From: Acidiferrobacteraceae bacterium
Lineage (GTDB): Bacteria > Pseudomonadota > Gammaproteobacteria > Acidiferrobacterales > Sulfurifustaceae
DNA length: 64,000 nt
Assembly (NCBI GenBank): GCA_021323795.1
Contig: JAJPKH010000306.1
Location: 11,221 to 75,220 of the forward strand
Direction of reading: 5' to 3'
Part shown: piece by piece, positions 7,918 to 16,214 of the stretch
Layout: every line of letters begins with the position of its first letter
How positions within the stretch are numbered: position 1 is the first letter of the stretch
Position numbers and translations under genes: made by a program
The notes under the pieces: generated by a model
What the model was told of the DNA's origin: nothing
Seen by the model: the letters and a program-made list of their open reading frames with translations, nothing else
Database searches by the model: none

Positions 7918-10343
7918 TATTGCCGCAGCAGGCGCAGACCGTTCGCAACGACGATCAGACTTGCGCCCATGTCCGCGAATACCGCCATCCACATGGTCGC
8001 CATGCCGACAACCGTGAGGCCGAGGAACACCGCCTTGATGCCGAGCGCGAGCGTAATGTTTTGCTTGAGCACCGCCGCAGTCTTTTGCGATAGCCGGATG
8101 AAGCTCGGGATCTTACGCAGGTCATCGTCCATGAGCGCGACGTCCGCGGTTTCTATTGCCGTGTCGGTGCCGGCGGCGCCCATGGCGAAGCCGATGTCGG
8201 CCTTGGCGAGCGCGGGCGCATCGTTAATCCCATCACCCACCATCCCAACACGGCCGCTCCTCGCCAGCTGCTCGATCGTCGTAAGCTTGTCCTGCGGCAG
8301 CAAGTTGCCGCGCGCTTCATCGATGCCGACTTCTTTGGCAATCGCCTCGGCGGTGTGTACGTTATCGCCGGTGAGCATGACGGTCCGTACGCCGAGCGCA
8401 TGCAGATCGGCGATCGCTTGGCGGCTCGACTCCTTCACCGTGTCGGCAACCGCGATAAGCGCGTGCACGCGCTTATCGCTTGCGAGCATCACCGCCGTTT
8501 TGCCCTGGCGCTCAAGCCGATTGAACCTCGCCTCGAGATCCGTCGAGCACTGACCGCGTTCCTCTATCAGGCGATGATTGCCAAGAACATACCCGACACC
8601 GTTCACTCGGCCGGCGACGCCACGGCCAGGGAGCGCCTCGAAGTCGTCGACTTCGGCGAGCGTGGTTCCCTCGGCCTGCGCAGCCTTTGTGATGGCTACC
8701 GACACGGGATGGTCCGAGCGCGCCGCGAGACTCGCGGCAACGCGCTTGGCAGTTTCCGGGGAACCGTCATCGAGCACCATGAAGTCGGTGCGCGCCGGGC
8801 GGCCGTGCGTGATCGTGCCGGTCTTGTCGAGCGCGAGCAGGATCAGACGGCGACCTTCTTCCAGATATACGCCACCTTTAATAAGAATACCCTTGCGTGC
8901 AGCGGCAGCCAGTCCGCTGACAATCGTCACCGGTGTGGAAATCACGAGCGCGCAGGGGCAGGCAATCACGAGCAGCACCAGCGCCCGATAGATCCAATCC
9001 AACCAAGCGCCGCCGAACGCCAGCGGCGGTACGATCATGACCGCGAGCGCGATGGCAAATACAACCGGCGTATAGATGCGCGCGAACGCATCGACGAACC
9101 GTTGCGTGGGCGCGCGGCTACCTTGCGCCGCTTCGACCGCATGGATGATGCGGGCGAGCGTGGAGTCGGTAGCCAAGGCAGTTACCCGATACTCAAATGA
9201 GCCCGCCTGATTGATCGTTCCGGCGAATACCGGATCGCCCCCGGCTTTCTCTACGGGCAGGCTCTCGCCGGTGATCGGCGCCTGGTCGACGGTCGAGCGC
9301 CCAGCCACGATTTGCCCGTCAAGCGCGATGCGCTCGCCCGGCTTCACCCGAACGACGGCCCCCAGCCGGACAGTATTCGTGTCCACCTCGGCCCAGCCGC
9401 CGTCCTCCTGCTTCACCGTCGCGGTATCGGGCGCAAGATCGAGCAACCCGCGGATGGCATTGCGTGCGCGGTCGAGTGACTTCGCCTCGATAACCTCGGC
9501 GAGCGCGAACAGGAACATCACCATCGCCGCCTCTGGCCACTGGCCAATCAGCATCCCGCCCGTCACCGCAATCGACATGAGCGCGTTCATGTTGAGGTTG
9601 CGGTTCTTTAGCGCGATCCAGCCTTTCTTATAAGTGGGGAGACCCCCGGTGAAGATAGCGAGCAATGCCAGCGCGATGACTGTCCAGTGGTTGCCCCCGA
9701 TAAACCAGTAAACCGCTTCGGACATCACGGCAGCGGCACCGGAGACAGCCATCGGCCACCAGTTTGTCTGCGTCGTTTCGCTCTCCACTTCCGCATGCAG
9801 CGGCGCGGTCGCGTCGTTCGCCGCGGGGCGCTTCTCGACGTCAAATCCGAGCGATTTCAACGCCGCGAGCACGGCAAGCAATGCGCCCGGCCTATGCTCG
9901 AGCGTCAAGGTGCGCTGGACCAGGTTGAACTCAAGCCCGCTGACGTCCGCCATGCCGCTAAGCTTGTTTCGGATCAGCGCTTCCTCGGTCGGGCAATCCA
10001 TCTTGGCGATGGCGAGGACGGTCCGCTCGCCGGTCGTCGGCCCCGTTTGACGCACGGCCCGCATGCCGATCGCGGCGAGCGCCTCGTCCACCGGCCCTAG
10101 TGACGGCAGGGAATGCGACACCGTCAGCGTGCGTTGAACCAGATTGAATGTCAGCTCGTCTATGCCGCCGATGCGAGAGAGTTTGTCGCGGATGAGCGCC
10201 TCTTCCGTCGGGCAGTCCATATTGTCGATACGGTAGACCGCAGCAGCCGGGTGTCTTACTGCCACGGTAGGCGTGACCACCGCCGCCGCGCCGCCACAAC
10301 TACAGTCTTGCGCTTCTTGTTTACTCATGGCTCGCCCCGTCAA
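7917..10343 (-). CDS. pbrA: P1B-type Pb/Zn/Cd-translocating ATPase (PbrA/CadA/ZntA type)
   Basis: Two N-terminal HMA domains each carry DCPTEE rather than CxxC. Also ACPCALVISTP, DKTGTITHG, HP in SDHPVS, and [10 protein letters not shown]. An alternative start is MSKQEAQD at 10328. Confidence 0.92.
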   Translation of the reverse strand: MTGRAMSKQEAQDCSCGGAAAVVTPTVAVRHPAAAVYRIDNMDCPTEEALIRDKLSRIGGIDELTFNLVQRTLTVSHSLPSLGPVDEALAAIGMRAVRQTGPTTGERTVLAIAKMDCPTEEALIRNKLSGMADVSGLEFNLVQRTLTLEHRPGALLAVLAALKSLGFDVEKRPAANDATAPLHAEVESETTQTNWWPMAVSGAAAVMSEAVYWFIGGNHWTVIALALLAIFTGGLPTYKKGWIALKNRNLNMNALMSIAVTGGMLIGQWPEAAMVMFLFALAEVIEAKSLDRARNAIRGLLDLAPDTATVKQEDGGWAEVDTNTVRLGAVVRVKPGERIALDGQIVAGRSTVDQAPITGESLPVEKAGGDPVFAGTINQAGSFEYRVTALATDSTLARIIHAVEAAQGSRAPTQRFVDAFARIYTPVVFAIALAVMIVPPLAFGGAWLDWIYRALVLLVIACPCALVISTPVTIVSGLAAAARKGILIKGGVYLEEGRRLILLALDKTGTITHGRPARTDFMVLDDGSPETAKRVAASLAARSDHPVSVAITKAAQAEGTTLAEVDDFEALPGRGVAGRVNGVGYVLGNHRLIEERGQCSTDLEARFNRLERQGKTAVMLASDKRVHALIAVADTVKESSRQAIADLHALGVRTVMLTGDNVHTAEAIAKEVGIDEARGNLLPQDKLTTIEQLARSGRVGMVGDGINDAPALAKADIGFAMGAAGTDTAIETADVALMDDDLRKIPSFIRLSQKTAAVLKQNITLALGIKAVFLGLTVVGMATMWMAVFADMGASLIVVANGLRLLRQ

Positions 10344-10360
10344 CGAAACTATGTTTGCAC

Positions 10361-10391
10361 ATTAGAAACCCTCTAGTTACTCTAGAGTCAA
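10361..10391 (-). promoter_or_regulatory. MerR-type promoter/operator for pbrA: -35 TTGACT, 19-bp spacer carrying the dyad CTCTAG-N5-CTAGAG, -10 TCTAAT
   Basis: The minus strand reads TTGACTCTAGAGTAACTAGAGGGTTTCTAAT. From memory, this closely resembles the PpbrA operator of Cupriavidus metallidurans. It lies between the divergent pbrA and pbrR. Confidence 0.7.
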
Positions 10392-10407
10392 GAATCCTGA
10401 GGCTCTT

Positions 10408-10893
10408 ATGCGAAACGCGCTTAAAATCGGTGAACTCGCCAAGCACACGGGATGTGACGTCGCCACTATCCGGTACTACGAGCAAGCAGGGCTATTGCCT
10501 AAACCCGCCCGCTCGGACGGAAATTTCCGACTCTACGGAGATTCCCAAGTTGAACGCCTGGCGCTGATCCGTCGTTGCCGTTCCCTGGACATGACGCTCC
10601 TGGAGATTCGCACGTTACTGCGTTTTTGCGATGCGCCCGAAAGGAACTGTGGTGACGTCAACGCTCTGCTCGAGGAGCACATCAGTCATGTGGCAGATCG
10701 CATAGCCGAGCTCAGACGACTGGAAAAAGAGCTTAAGAACCTGCGCCGGCTGTGCCAGGACACGCAAGCGGCTAAACACTGCGGGATACTGGAGGGCCTC
10801 TCAAAAGGGGCGGCCGGCTCACGGCGCCGGAAGGCGCTGGTCGGGCATGTGCATCGGGCGCACGCACCCCGTCGGAAGGCAAAATCGGCGTAA
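10408..10893 (+). CDS. pbrR: MerR-family Pb(II)/Cd(II)-responsive regulator (PbrR/CadR type)
   Basis: N-terminal HTH MRNALKIGELAKHTGCDVATIRYYEQAGLLP. Conserved Cys at ERNCGD and in the C-terminal KHCGIL. Divergent from pbrA. Confidence 0.88.
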   Translation: MRNALKIGELAKHTGCDVATIRYYEQAGLLPKPARSDGNFRLYGDSQVERLALIRRCRSLDMTLLEIRTLLRFCDAPERNCGDVNALLEEHISHVADRIAELRRLEKELKNLRRLCQDTQAAKHCGILEGLSKGAAGSRRRKALVGHVHRAHAPRRKAKSA

Positions 10894-10948
10894 TAGCGCC
10901 CGGCGGCCATATCTAAAATATGTAAAAGTTCCGCTGGTGCACAGATCG

Positions 10949-11353
10949 CTAGACCCTCTGCAACGACGCAATCAACGGACAGGAAATGCGTCGCCGACGC
11001 GTGTGGCACTCTCGCACGAGCGCGGCCAACGTGCTTTCGATGCGTTGCAGCTCCGAGAGACGCCGGCGCACGTCCTTCAGTTTCTGCTCCGCGATGACAC
11101 GCGCATCCGCACAATGCAACCCGTCATCGAGCTTCAAGAACAGCGCAACTTCATCGAGACGAAAGCCGAGCGCCTGAGCGGTCTTGATGAAGCGCACACG
11201 GGCGAGATCCTCCTCTCCATACCGGCGTATGCCACCCGCGGGTTTGCGCGGTGTCCCGAGCAATCCGCGCCGCTGGTAGAAGCGAATCGTCTCCACAGTG
11301 ACGGTCGCCGCGCGCGCGAGCGCACCGATAGTCATGGCAAATTCCATCTTCAT
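10949..11353 (-). CDS. merR: Hg(II)-responsive transcriptional regulator MerR
   Basis: [32 protein letters not shown]...GLHCADA...[17 protein letters not shown] reproduces the MerR HTH and its three metal-binding Cys. The longer 200-aa ORF is an upstream extension I do not believe. Confidence 0.92.
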   Translation of the reverse strand: MKMEFAMTIGALARAATVTVETIRFYQRRGLLGTPRKPAGGIRRYGEEDLARVRFIKTAQALGFRLDEVALFLKLDDGLHCADARVIAEQKLKDVRRRLSELQRIESTLAALVRECHTRRRRISCPLIASLQRV

Positions 11354-11358
11354 TCCGC

Positions 11359-11389
11359 TTGACTCCGTACTTAAGTACGGCGCTAAGCT
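11359..11389 (+). promoter_or_regulatory. mer operator/promoter: -35 TTGACT, 19-bp spacer with dyad CCGTAC-TTAA-GTACGG, -10 TAAGCT
   Basis: TTGACTCCGTACTTAAGTACGGCGCTAAGCT lies between the divergent merR and merT. Its layout matches the classic Tn501/Tn21 merOP. Confidence 0.8.
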
Positions 11390-11423
11390 TAGCGCGGTGA
11401 TGTGAAATGTGGAAAGAACCGCG

Positions 11424-11774
11424 ATGAATGAAAAGAGGAACGGTGGCCCGATGCTGGCCGGCGCGGGCCTCGCCGCGCTGCTCGCCTCGGCCTGCTGCAT
11501 CGGTCCGCTCGTCCTCGTGTCGATAGGGCTCGGCGGCGCGTGGCTGAGCAATCTTCAGGCGCTGGAACCCTATCGTCCGGTCTTCATTGGCGTTGCGCTG
11601 AGCGCGCTCGCGGTTGCCTACCGGCGCGTCTTTCGGCCGGCGGCCGCGTGTGCGCCGGGCGATATATGTGCGATCCCGCGTGTTCGGATCGCCTACCGAA
11701 TTATCTTCTGGCTCGTCGCCGCGCTCATCGCGGTGGCGTTTGGATTTCCGTACCTCGCGCCGCTCTTTTATTGA
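11424..11774 (+). CDS. merT: Mercuric ion transport protein MerT
   Basis: [20 protein letters not shown] (vicinal Cys in TM1), a second Cys pair in CAPGDIC, and C-terminus [13 protein letters not shown] at 11409 is an alternative start. Confidence 0.92.
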   Translation: MNEKRNGGPMLAGAGLAALLASACCIGPLVLVSIGLGGAWLSNLQALEPYRPVFIGVALSALAVAYRRVFRPAAACAPGDICAIPRVRIAYRIIFWLVAALIAVAFGFPYLAPLFY

Positions 11775-11783
11775 GATACCGCC

Positions 11784-12062
11784 ATGCGTAAAGTCGTTCT
11801 TGCCGTATTGCTCGTAGCCGCCCTGCCCTTGTCGGCGCCCGCCGCCCCACGAACCGTGACGCTGTCGGTTCCCGGCATGGATTGTCCTGTCTGTCCGATC
11901 ACCATCAAGAAGGCGCTAAGCCGGGTAAACGGTGTCGCCAAGGTCGATGTCAGCGTCGAGAAGCACGAAGCGACGGTCACCTTCGACGATACCAAGACCA
12001 ACGTCGAGGCGCTGCGAAACGCCACGGCGAACGCGGGCTACCCTTCGACGGTGAAGCCGTAA
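11784..12062 (+). CDS. merP: Periplasmic mercury-binding protein MerP
   Basis: Signal peptide followed by an HMA fold with VPGMDCPVCPITIKKAL. Confidence 0.93.
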   Translation: MRKVVLAVLLVAALPLSAPAAPRTVTLSVPGMDCPVCPITIKKALSRVNGVAKVDVSVEKHEATVTFDDTKTNVEALRNATANAGYPSTVKP

Positions 12063-12430
12063 TGGCGGCGGACGCGAAGCTGACGGAAATCGATCCCGCG
12101 CTCGGCTTGCTCGCGCCTTTCGCGAAGGTGACCAAGGGCACGACGGCGAGCATTAGCAGAATGCGCGAAACCGCGCTCTACACCGATGGCCACTTCACCG
12201 CGAAGACCAAGGTGCTGGCGGCAATGCTCTGGAGCATCTCGGCCCGGTGCGAGCCGTGCATCAACTACTACGCCGGCAAGGCCAAAGCACTCGGCGCGAC
12301 GGACGAGGAAGTCGGCGAGTTCCTCGCCATCGCGAGCACCATGGGCGGGTGCGTGGGCGAGATGTGGGCGCTGAAGGCTTACGCGGCATTCACGGAGGGG
12401 ACAACCGACGCTGCCGCATGCTGCCCATGA
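12062..12430 (+). CDS. Carboxymuconolactone decarboxylase/AhpD-like protein with a CxxC motif and a C-terminal vicinal Cys pair
   Basis: TAKTKVLAAMLWSISARCEPCINYYAGKAKALGATDEEVGEFLAIAS matches the CMD/AhpD core. The protein ends ...DAAACCP. The ATG overlaps the merP stop (TAATG). Confidence 0.78.
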   Translation: MAADAKLTEIDPALGLLAPFAKVTKGTTASISRMRETALYTDGHFTAKTKVLAAMLWSISARCEPCINYYAGKAKALGATDEEVGEFLAIASTMGGCVGEMWALKAYAAFTEGTTDAAACCP

Positions 12431-12457
12431 ACGCACGTGCCGGCCAAGGAGCGAGCC

Positions 12458-13807
12458 ATGGCAACAACGTATCAGCTTGTCGTTATCGGAACCGGGACCG
12501 CGGCGATGGTCGCCGCGACGCGCGTGCGCACCGCCGGCTGGCGCGTCGCGGTCGTTGATTTTCGCCCGTTCGGCGGCACGTGTGCGCTGCGCGGCTGCGA
12601 TCTGAAAAAGATGCTCGTCGGCGGAGCGACGGCAGTGGATCATGCACGCCGCATGCGCGGCAAGGGCGTCGCCGGCGAATTCCATATCGACTGGCCGGCG
12701 CTCATCGCTTTCACGCGTGGCTTCACCGATCCTATCCCGGAAAAGCATGAGGAGCGCTACAGGGAGAAAGGCATCGATACGTATCACGGCCGAGCGCGGT
12801 TTACCGGGCGTCACACGCTCACCGTGGACGACGGCCACATATTGGAAGCCGAGCATATCGTGATCGCTACCGGCGCCGAGGCGGCCAAGCTCGGCATTCC
12901 CGGCGAGGAGCACTTGATCACGAACGAGGAGTTTCTGAGCCTCGAAACACTGCCGCATCGCATCGTATTGGTCGGCGGCGGCTACATCGCGGCCGAGTTT
13001 TCCCACATCGCCGCACGCGCCGGCGCGAAGGTAACGATCCTGCAGCACGGCGAGCGCCTGTTAAAGCACTTCGACCCGGACCTGGTCGATTGGCTCATGG
13101 AGAAATTTCGGGCGCTCGGCATCGACATGCGCACGCGCACGACGGTCGAAGCGATCGAACGAACCGAGACCGGCTACCGGGTGCGCGCGACCAGCGAAGG
13201 CCGCGACGTTGACGTCGACGCCGATTGCATCGTCCATGCAGCGGGCCGAGCGCCTGCCCTCGAAACCCTCGAGCTCGACGCCGCCGGCGTGGCGGTCGAG
13301 CGCGGCCGCCTCAAGCTCAACGAGTATTTGCAGAGCGTCTCCAACCCGGCCGTGTATGCCGCGGGCGACGCCGCCCAGATGGGGCCCCCGCTAACGCCGG
13401 TATCGAGCCACGACGCCAAGGTGGTCGCCGCCAATCTGCTCGAGGGCAACCGTCACAAGCCCGACTACAGCGGGGTGCCGAGTGTCGCGTTTACTATTCC
13501 ACCGATCTCGGCTGTCGGCATAAGCGAGGCGCAGGCGCGTCGCCAGGGGATCAAGTTCCGTGTCAAAAGCGAGCAGGCATCCGGTTGGTTTACCGCGCGG
13601 CAAGCCGCGGAACCGACGTACGGCTTTAAGGTGCTGATCGACGAGGCGAGCGACCGCGTGCTCGGCGCACACCTGGTCGGGCCGCATGCGGACGAGACCA
13701 TCAATATCTTCGCGCTCGCCATTCGTCATGGCCTTACAACCGCGCAGCTCAAGACAACGATGTTCGCCTATCCCACCGCTGCCTCGGACCTCGGATACAT
13801 GCTGTGA
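12458..13807 (+). CDS. Class I pyridine nucleotide-disulfide oxidoreductase. It is a core-only MerA-like or glutathione-reductase-like enzyme with no NmerA domain and no C-terminal Cys pair.
   Basis: FAD motif VVIGTGTAAM, redox dithiol GGTCALRGCDLKK, NAD(P) motif VLVGGGYIAAE, and a dimerisation domain ending FAYPTAASDLGYML. AAGGAG sits 6 nt upstream of the ATG. Confidence 0.85.
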   Translation: MATTYQLVVIGTGTAAMVAATRVRTAGWRVAVVDFRPFGGTCALRGCDLKKMLVGGATAVDHARRMRGKGVAGEFHIDWPALIAFTRGFTDPIPEKHEERYREKGIDTYHGRARFTGRHTLTVDDGHILEAEHIVIATGAEAAKLGIPGEEHLITNEEFLSLETLPHRIVLVGGGYIAAEFSHIAARAGAKVTILQHGERLLKHFDPDLVDWLMEKFRALGIDMRTRTTVEAIERTETGYRVRATSEGRDVDVDADCIVHAAGRAPALETLELDAAGVAVERGRLKLNEYLQSVSNPAVYAAGDAAQMGPPLTPVSSHDAKVVAANLLEGNRHKPDYSGVPSVAFTIPPISAVGISEAQARRQGIKFRVKSEQASGWFTARQAAEPTYGFKVLIDEASDRVLGAHLVGPHADETINIFALAIRHGLTTAQLKTTMFAYPTAASDLGYML

Positions 13808-14004
13808 TGGAGTGCTTGCAGCTCGCCTCTGTGCTGTGGCGGCGTCCCACATCGGGTCGTATTCATCGTCAGCCGCGCGTTGAGGAAGCAGGCTTGAGCG
13901 GCGGCATAGTCTCTGCACCTACTGCTCGCGCGGCGGCTGCTGTTACCGCGCAACAGCTACCGTTTGCAGTTGTTCCGGTTATGGCTGGGGGCTAGAATCG
14001 CCTT

Positions 14005-14415
14005 ATGGGTACGGTCCGACACATCCGCCCGCTTCAGTTACTGCGCCAACACCGGCGCGGCTTCGCGCTGCTAATGCTCGGCGTCATGATGATCTGGCTC
14101 GGGGCAGCCCTCGTACGCTGTCTTTTCGATATGCCGGCTGCGTCACCGGCCGCTAACGCGGCCATGGTCGATATGGGCTCCGAACCGGCGGTCGCCAGCA
14201 TGGCGCCGTGCGCCGCCTGCACCATGGGAACCGAGTCGAGATCGCTGGACGATCTCGGCGTCATTCCCGCTAGCCCGAAACTGTGGTCCGTACTCGCGCT
14301 TGTCCTGGTCAGCGCGCTGCTCGCCGTTAATTTCCCGAAGCGCGTTCCTATCCCCCCACTGCCGCTGCTGCCGAAGCGACCACGCACCTTAAAGTTCTAC
14401 GCCCTGCGTATTTGA
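14005..14415 (+). CDS. Small membrane protein heading the copper supercluster, with a CxxC motif and a Pro-rich tail
   Basis: 136 aa with TM FALLMLGVMMIWLGAALV, APCAAC, a second TM LWSVLALVLVSALLAV, then PIPPLPLLPKRPR. Confidence 0.4.
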   Translation: MGTVRHIRPLQLLRQHRRGFALLMLGVMMIWLGAALVRCLFDMPAASPAANAAMVDMGSEPAVASMAPCAACTMGTESRSLDDLGVIPASPKLWSVLALVLVSALLAVNFPKRVPIPPLPLLPKRPRTLKFYALRI

Positions 14416-14610
14416 TCGACCGGTTCGAACGCGCCTAGCTCTTTGGCCATTTCGAACTGGAGGTCGTGATGTTTGTTTGTCTTTGCTGTCGCTGTTGGTT
14501 CGCGCGCGTAGTTAACGCCCGATCGACGCATTCCGTACGCGCCTGCGCTCCGCCGCTTTTGGCGCGACTCCTGTGTCCAAAACCCATTGGCGTTTCGAGG
14601 GCGGCCGGCC

Positions 14611-15165
14611 ATGGGTACGCCTGATTCGCGAGGCGCCGTAAACCGTCTAGCGTGGAAGCTCGGCGTCGCGGGCGTTCTCATGTTCGCGTTCGCCGTTTTC
14701 GTGCTGCCGCCGCTCTACGACGCGGCTTGCCGGCTGCTCGGTCTCAACGGCAAGACGCTCAACGCCACACCGGCCATTGCCACCGCGCCGGATCGCCGCC
14801 GCGAGATGCGCGTTGAGTTTTTCGCGAGCGTTTATCAGGGCACGCCGTTGCAATTCGAGGCGCCGCGCCCGGCCGTGCGCGCGCTGCATCCCGGTGCGGT
14901 GATGGAAGTGACCTACCGCGCGCGCAATCTTTCCGACCAGGTGCTCTGGGCACAGGCGGTCCACAGCGTCGCGCCGGGCGCGCTCGCCCGCTACGTCAAA
15001 ACCATCGCCTGCTTCTGTTTCGAAAAACAAAAATTCGCGCCCGGCGAGGAGCGCGTGTTTACGCTCGCCTTTTCGCTGTCGCCCGAGCTTCCGCCCGAGC
15101 ACCACGTGGCGAGCTTCTCGTACACCTTTTTCAAGCTGCAAAACCCGCCGGAGCACCCGTCGTGA
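14611..15165 (+). CDS. ctaG: Cytochrome c oxidase assembly copper chaperone Cox11/CtaG
   Basis: Single N-terminal TM, conserved CFCFEKQ copper site, and TLAFSL...FSYTFF. Confidence 0.88.
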   Translation: MGTPDSRGAVNRLAWKLGVAGVLMFAFAVFVLPPLYDAACRLLGLNGKTLNATPAIATAPDRRREMRVEFFASVYQGTPLQFEAPRPAVRALHPGAVMEVTYRARNLSDQVLWAQAVHSVAPGALARYVKTIACFCFEKQKFAPGEERVFTLAFSLSPELPPEHHVASFSYTFFKLQNPPEHPS

Positions 15166-15797
15166 AGATCATTACCGCCCTCGTACTCGCGACTGTTGCC
15201 ACGTGGGCGCACGCCCACCCGCTCAAAGCGGTCGAGTCGGCGCTGCACAAGGAGGAGCGCTACGCCCAATTCGTCGACGTCCAAGCCCCCGGCTTTAGTC
15301 TGGCCGATTCGGCCGACAGAGCCATCAGCCTCGTCGATTTCAAAGGAAAGGTCGTGGTGCTGAATTTTGTTTACTCCCGCTGCCAAGACGTCTGTCCCTT
15401 GCACATGGTCTTGATCGCCAAGCTCCAGTCCATGGTCAACACGGCGGGCATGCGGGACCCGGTGCGGTTCGTCACGATCGCCACCGACGAAGAGGACGTG
15501 CAATCGACGCGCGCCATCATGGCCGGCTATGCCAAGTCCTACGGCCTCGATACGCGCAACTGGCAGTTCCTTTACCGCACGAACGCGCAGCCGCCCGCCA
15601 CGACGCGCCAGATCGCCCGGGCCTACGGACTGGAATTCACGCCCGCGGGCAAAGGCATGCAGATGCATGGAGTTGCGACCCATGTCATCGATCAGAGCGG
15701 AAGGCTCCGCGCCCGCTTTCACGGGCTCAAGTTCGAGCCGGTGCACTTGGTGTCCTATGTGAACGCGTTGGTCAACGATGATCACAGCAAGCACTAG
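15162..15797 (+). CDS. SCO1/SenC-family copper chaperone (thioredoxin fold)
   Basis: VVVLNFVYSRCQDVCPLH (CxxxC) plus a downstream His in GVATHVIDQ. Has a signal peptide and overlaps the ctaG stop. Confidence 0.88.
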   Translation: MKIITALVLATVATWAHAHPLKAVESALHKEERYAQFVDVQAPGFSLADSADRAISLVDFKGKVVVLNFVYSRCQDVCPLHMVLIAKLQSMVNTAGMRDPVRFVTIATDEEDVQSTRAIMAGYAKSYGLDTRNWQFLYRTNAQPPATTRQIARAYGLEFTPAGKGMQMHGVATHVIDQSGRLRARFHGLKFEPVHLVSYVNALVNDDHSKH

Positions 15798-15842
15798 TGC
15801 ACCATGAAACGCAACTTTTCCCATCAACTAAGGAGAGCTGAC

Positions 15843-16214
15843 ATGCAACGCAAATGCACGAACGCCATACTTTTGGTCGCCACGCTGCTTATCGGCAACG
15901 GCGTGGCCTTCGCGTCCGAGAAAGAATCGAGCGCGCCGCCAGGAGATAGGCTCGGGCAAAACCGCATGCCGATGCAAGACGGCATGATGGGGCGCGCAAT
16001 GATGGGCGGGGGCATGATGAACATGATGGGCATGATGGATCAGTGCCACCGGATGATGAGCGGCGGCACGATGGGCCACGGCATGACGCCGCAGCTCCCG
16101 CCCGGCAATGACAAGCTGCAACTGCAGATGCAGGCGGAAATCATGCAGCGCGTCGGCGAAATCGTCGCCAAGTACGCCAATAAAGTTAAGGACGACCAAG
16201 GGGGCACGCGGTGA
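15843..16214 (+). CDS. Met-rich periplasmic protein (putative Cu(I) binder)
   Basis: Signal peptide MQRKCTNAILLVATLLIGNGVAFA followed by MPMQDGMMGRAMMGGGMMNMMGMMDQCHRMMSGGTMGHGM. AAGGAGAG lies upstream. Confidence 0.6.
   Translation: MQRKCTNAILLVATLLIGNGVAFASEKESSAPPGDRLGQNRMPMQDGMMGRAMMGGGMMNMMGMMDQCHRMMSGGTMGHGMTPQLPPGNDKLQLQMQAEIMQRVGEIVAKYANKVKDDQGGTR

Noticed and set aside
11354-11551. N-terminal extensions of several ORFs: merR to 11551, cusB from 30837, cusA from 32324, cytochrome c from 17004, HAD to 60925, MFS to 48857
   Set aside because: The extensions overlap neighbouring genes or promoters, lack homology-like sequence, and have better internal starts with RBS or ATGA/TAATG coupling.
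12038-13048. 336-aa minus-strand ORF
   Set aside because: It is antisense to the CMD-like and MerA-like genes, which have clear cofactor and redox motifs. It is a shadow ORF.
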